A DNA stretch of 17,623 nucleotides from a virus. The translations under genes were made by a program, and so were the position numbers. Below are positions 14,751 to 17,623 of this stretch, in pieces. The stretch lies in the IMG/VR virus record IMGVR_UViG_3300010412_001298. One strand, 5' to 3'. Under the pieces are notes generated by a model. That model saw nothing but the letters and a program-made list of their open reading frames with translations, made no database searches and was not told where the DNA came from. How positions within the stretch are numbered: position 1 is the stretch's first letter; every line of letters starts with the position of its first letter.

Positions 14751-15134
14751 ATGACTAGACAAATTACAATGTTTGATAAAAAAGGTAACGTTCGCCCCAC
14801 TAGTGTTAAAAGTGAAAGAACAATTAGAACACTTGGTGCTGAAAAAGGTGTTGATGTTCTAAATACTGTGCAAGAAGTTCTTGCCCAAGTATCAACTGGT
14901 AAACTTAATCAAAGAAGCATCAATTCACCGAAATTCAGTAAAAAAACAGGTCAACAATTACCGCGCCGGGTAACATTACATACCCAACATTTAACTTGGA
15001 TTCAAAAAGACCGTTTATTAACATTGTTAAACAACAGATTGGGCGAAAATAGAGTTGCAGCAATTGATAATGCGGTGATTATTTCCAAGAAAAATCCGCC
15101 AGTTAATAAAGTGGTAATTACATTAAATTGGTAA
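14751..15134 (+). CDS. hypothetical basic protein
   Basis: 127 aa, SD AAAAGGAAAAC, behind a dual promoter. Confidence 0.75.
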   Translation: MTRQITMFDKKGNVRPTSVKSERTIRTLGAEKGVDVLNTVQEVLAQVSTGKLNQRSINSPKFSKKTGQQLPRRVTLHTQHLTWIQKDRLLTLLNNRLGENRVAAIDNAVIISKKNPPVNKVVITLNW

Positions 15135-15143
15135 TTACACATT

Positions 15144-15183
15144 AAATTTTAAAGGAATCTAATGGATTCCTTTAAAATTTTTT
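15144..15183 (+). terminator. Rho-independent terminator
   Basis: AAATTTTAAAGGAATC taatg GATTCCTTTAAAATTT TTT. Confidence 0.85.
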
Positions 15184-15231
15184 CGATTAATTATTAGAAA
15201 AGCCGGTAGAAAAACACTTTTCCTTTTTATC

Positions 15232-15354
15232 ATGAAGAAGAAAAAATTAAAAAAATTTTTATTGTTTTTAAATAAAGAATTAAAACAAAACCAAAATATT
15301 ATTCCAGCTAATAAAAAACAATTAGAAAGAATCAAAAAATTAATAAAAAGATGA
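15232..15354 (+). CDS. 40-aa lysine-rich ORF translationally coupled to the methyltransferase
   Basis: MKKKKLKKFLLFLNKELKQNQNIIPANKKQLERIKKLIKR*; ATGA overlap at 15351. Confidence 0.45.
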   Translation: MKKKKLKKFLLFLNKELKQNQNIIPANKKQLERIKKLIKR

Positions 15355-16817
15355 AAAACAAATTAGGACAAGTTTTCACAAATGAAAAAATTATTGATTT
15401 AATACTAGATGAAATTGATATCATTAAAAATTATTCACAAAAAACAATAATAGATCCTTCATGTGGAGAAGGATCAATTTTAACAAGTATAGTAAAAAGA
15501 TTAGAAAAAGAAAATATAGAAAAATATATTCATGGATATGAAATAGATGAAAACATAATAAACAAATGTACAGAAAAATTAAATCAAATATATGAAACTA
15601 ATTGGAATATAGAAAAATGTAATGCTTTATATAAAGGAAATCAAGAAAAAGAAAAATATGATTTAATAATAGGTAATCCTCCATATATCAGTTATAATGA
15701 ATGTAAAAAACAAAAAATAATCAATAACAAAAAAATAAAAATGAGTAATTTTTATGGAATAAATTTAAATACAGTAAAGGGAAGAAAAAAAGCATATTCA
15801 CCAAAACCCAATTTATACGCATTTTTCATAGCATTAGGATTATACATTTTAAAAAAAGATGGTAGATTATGTTATATAATACCACAAACAGTATTAATAA
15901 ATACAGATTTAGATGTAATAAGATATCATTTATCAGAAAAAACAACTATAGAAAAAATAATACTTTTTGATGAAAAAATATTCAAAAATGAACAAAAAAA
16001 ACCAATAATAACATCATCATTAATAATAATAATAAAAAAACAAATACCAAATAAAGAACACAAAATAAAAATAATCAAAAATAATGAAGAAAAAGAAATA
16101 TCACAAATAGAATTAAGAAATAATATTTTTAATTGGAGTTTCATAAAAAATGATGAAGATTATAAAAAACAATTAAAATCTTATAATAACCATTTAACAA
16201 TTCATCAATATCGTTCAACATTTAGAAATTATGATGATATTATAATAGATGGTAGTGTAAATATATTAAAAAAAGATATAATAACAGAAATAAAAAATGA
16301 TGAAATAAATCAATATTACATAATACCAAAAATGATAAATGGTAAATATACCGCTGAAACATTAGGTTATTATAAAAAAACCTTACAAATAAAAAAAGCA
16401 CAAGGAAATAGAAATCATAGAATATTAACAGAAAGAAAATATAAAATAATATGGAAATATATCAATTTTGATCATTTTTATTTTATAGAAAAAAATGATG
16501 TTCTTCCTATGTATCAACAATATTGTATTGCATCAAATTATAAATCAGAAATCTTATTTTTATTAAGTATTTTAAATTCAACAATTAATTTAACATTATT
16601 AGAAAAAACATTCAAAATAGGTAATGAAAATAGATTATCTTTTTTATTAGGTTTGACATTTTTGAAAGAATTTATTCGTATACCAAAAATAACAGAACAA
16701 ACAAGAAGAATAAAAGAAAATATAATAATTCAAACAGAAAAACTTTTAGAAACAGATAATAATGAAATCATTAAAAAAAATATAGATGAAATGGTTTTTT
16801 TATTATATAACAATTAA
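15351..16817 (+). CDS. N6-adenine DNA methyltransferase (TaqI/Eco57I-like)
   Basis: GQVFTNEKIIDLILDEI, DPSCGEGS (motif I), NPPYISYNE (motif IV), CIASNYKSEILFLLSILNSTI target-recognition-type C-terminus. Confidence 0.93.
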   Translation: MKNKLGQVFTNEKIIDLILDEIDIIKNYSQKTIIDPSCGEGSILTSIVKRLEKENIEKYIHGYEIDENIINKCTEKLNQIYETNWNIEKCNALYKGNQEKEKYDLIIGNPPYISYNECKKQKIINNKKIKMSNFYGINLNTVKGRKKAYSPKPNLYAFFIALGLYILKKDGRLCYIIPQTVLINTDLDVIRYHLSEKTTIEKIILFDEKIFKNEQKKPIITSSLIIIIKKQIPNKEHKIKIIKNNEEKEISQIELRNNIFNWSFIKNDEDYKKQLKSYNNHLTIHQYRSTFRNYDDIIIDGSVNILKKDIITEIKNDEINQYYIIPKMINGKYTAETLGYYKKTLQIKKAQGNRNHRILTERKYKIIWKYINFDHFYFIEKNDVLPMYQQYCIASNYKSEILFLLSILNSTINLTLLEKTFKIGNENRLSFLLGLTFLKEFIRIPKITEQTRRIKENIIIQTEKLLETDNNEIIKKNIDEMVFLLYNN

Positions 16818-16825
16818 AGAAAAAA

Positions 16826-17293
16826 ATGGAAAAAAATATAATAATAAATAGATTGTTATTACCAATAAATATAAAAAATATTGAAAAAACAATAAAAACT
16901 ATTGAAGAATTGCAACAAAAAGAAAATTTAATAAAAATAGCAGAATACTTATCAATTCATTATTTAAAAGATAAAGTATATCAAATGAAAAATATCGATT
17001 TGATGCAATTTGAATTGAATGAATTAATTGATTTTATAAGTATGCAAATAAAATCATTATCCTTTATTTTAAAAAGAAAAACAACAAATGAATTAGAAGA
17101 AAAACATTATGAACAATTGGTATTATATGTTATTAATACAAAAGACACTGTTTCAAATATTTTAAATGGTTTATTATTACCATGTGAATATAGTGAATTT
17201 ATATATTTTTTAAATACACATTCTGGTTTATTTAAAAATAGATATAAAACTAAAGTTAATTTGATGTATAATTATTGTAAAAGATGTAGATGA
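16826..17293 (+). CDS. hypothetical protein in methyltransferase operon
   Basis: 155 aa, 8 nt after the methyltransferase stop. Confidence 0.65.
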   Translation: MEKNIIINRLLLPINIKNIEKTIKTIEELQQKENLIKIAEYLSIHYLKDKVYQMKNIDLMQFELNELIDFISMQIKSLSFILKRKTTNELEEKHYEQLVLYVINTKDTVSNILNGLLLPCEYSEFIYFLNTHSGLFKNRYKTKVNLMYNYCKRCR

Positions 17294-17357
17294 TTCATTT
17301 TAGAAATTTTTGAAAAAAGAATGTAGATGATTCATTTTAGAAATTTTTGAAAAAAGA
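17284..17357 (+). repeat. tandem duplication, 37-bp unit x2
   Basis: atgtagatgattcattttagaaatttttgaaaaaaga twice, perfect. The first copy contains the stop codon of the preceding ORF. Confidence 0.95.
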
Positions 17358-17379
17358 ATTTGAAAAAAGAAAAAAAAGA

Positions 17380-17408
17380 TTGACAATTTTTAAACTCAAA
17401 TATATAAT
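17380..17408 (+). promoter_or_regulatory. sigma70 promoter (first of tandem pair)
   Basis: TTGACA-17-TATAATAGTATC. Confidence 0.83.
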
Positions 17409-17452
17409 AGTATCAAGTTAAAAAGTTTTCAAAAAATATTTAAAAAAAGTAG

Positions 17453-17481
17453 TTGACAATTTTAAAACTTAAATGTATAAT
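17453..17481 (+). promoter_or_regulatory. sigma70 promoter (second of tandem pair)
   Basis: TTGACA-17-TATAATAGTATACATAC. Confidence 0.88.
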
Positions 17482-17530
17482 AGTATACATACAAACAAGT
17501 TAAATAAAACACACACATAAGGTTAATAAA

Positions 17531-17623
17531 ATGTTATTTTACGGACAAAAAAGAATTTTAGAAGAACAATACCCAGATTATTTAGATTATTCAAGAATGG
17601 GTTTAAAAAACCGTAGATTAAGA
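17531..17623 (+). CDS. hypothetical protein, truncated by window end
   Basis: MLFYGQKRILEEQYPDYLDYSRMGLKNRRLR..., behind a dual promoter. Confidence 0.6.
   Translation, partial: MLFYGQKRILEEQYPDYLDYSRMGLKNRRLR

Noticed and set aside
1-17623. CRISPR array or retron
   Set aside because: No regularly spaced repeats, no Cas or reverse-transcriptase motifs in any listed ORF.
1-17623. Alternative genetic code (UGA or UAG reassigned)
   Set aside because: RtcB, methyltransferase and WD40 ORFs read through with standard code; Trp uses TGG and genes end at TAA/TGA/TAG normally.

Overview
This 17.6 kb window is very AT-rich and almost entirely + strand coding. It is probably an accessory, phage-like or mobile region, but the origin cannot be fixed from sequence alone. 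Features I can support: a one-piece tmRNA (tag ANDASYALVA), a probable tRNA-Gly(UCC) with a weak D-arm, RtcB RNA ligase, a WD40 protein, two leucine-rich-repeat proteins placed head-to-head, a TaqI/Eco57I-like N6-adenine DNA methyltransferase, a HigA/XRE-like small protein, and about 10 near-consensus sigma70 promoters. Six or more of those promoters share a conserved -10/+1 box with dyad symmetry, and three pairs form repeated tandem-promoter cassettes. Strongest candidate for something new: the intergenic block 11716-12070 encodes two long-stem RNAs directly upstream of an ~800-aa protein with a possible TerD-like C-terminus, about 1.5 kb downstream of rtcB. Both RNAs share the same architecture: a long perfect lower stem, one bulged C, 2 bp, a 3'-side internal loop, an upper stem and the sequence TACTACA. 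The first also carries a T-arm stacked on an acceptor-like stem closed by a loop containing TCCA, i.e. a circularly permuted, D-armless tRNA mimic. This is the layout expected of bacterial Y RNAs (YrlA-like) next to a Ro60/TROVE-type partner and an RNA-repair ligase. The protein itself was not identified as TROVE by clear motifs, so the RNP assignment is inference.
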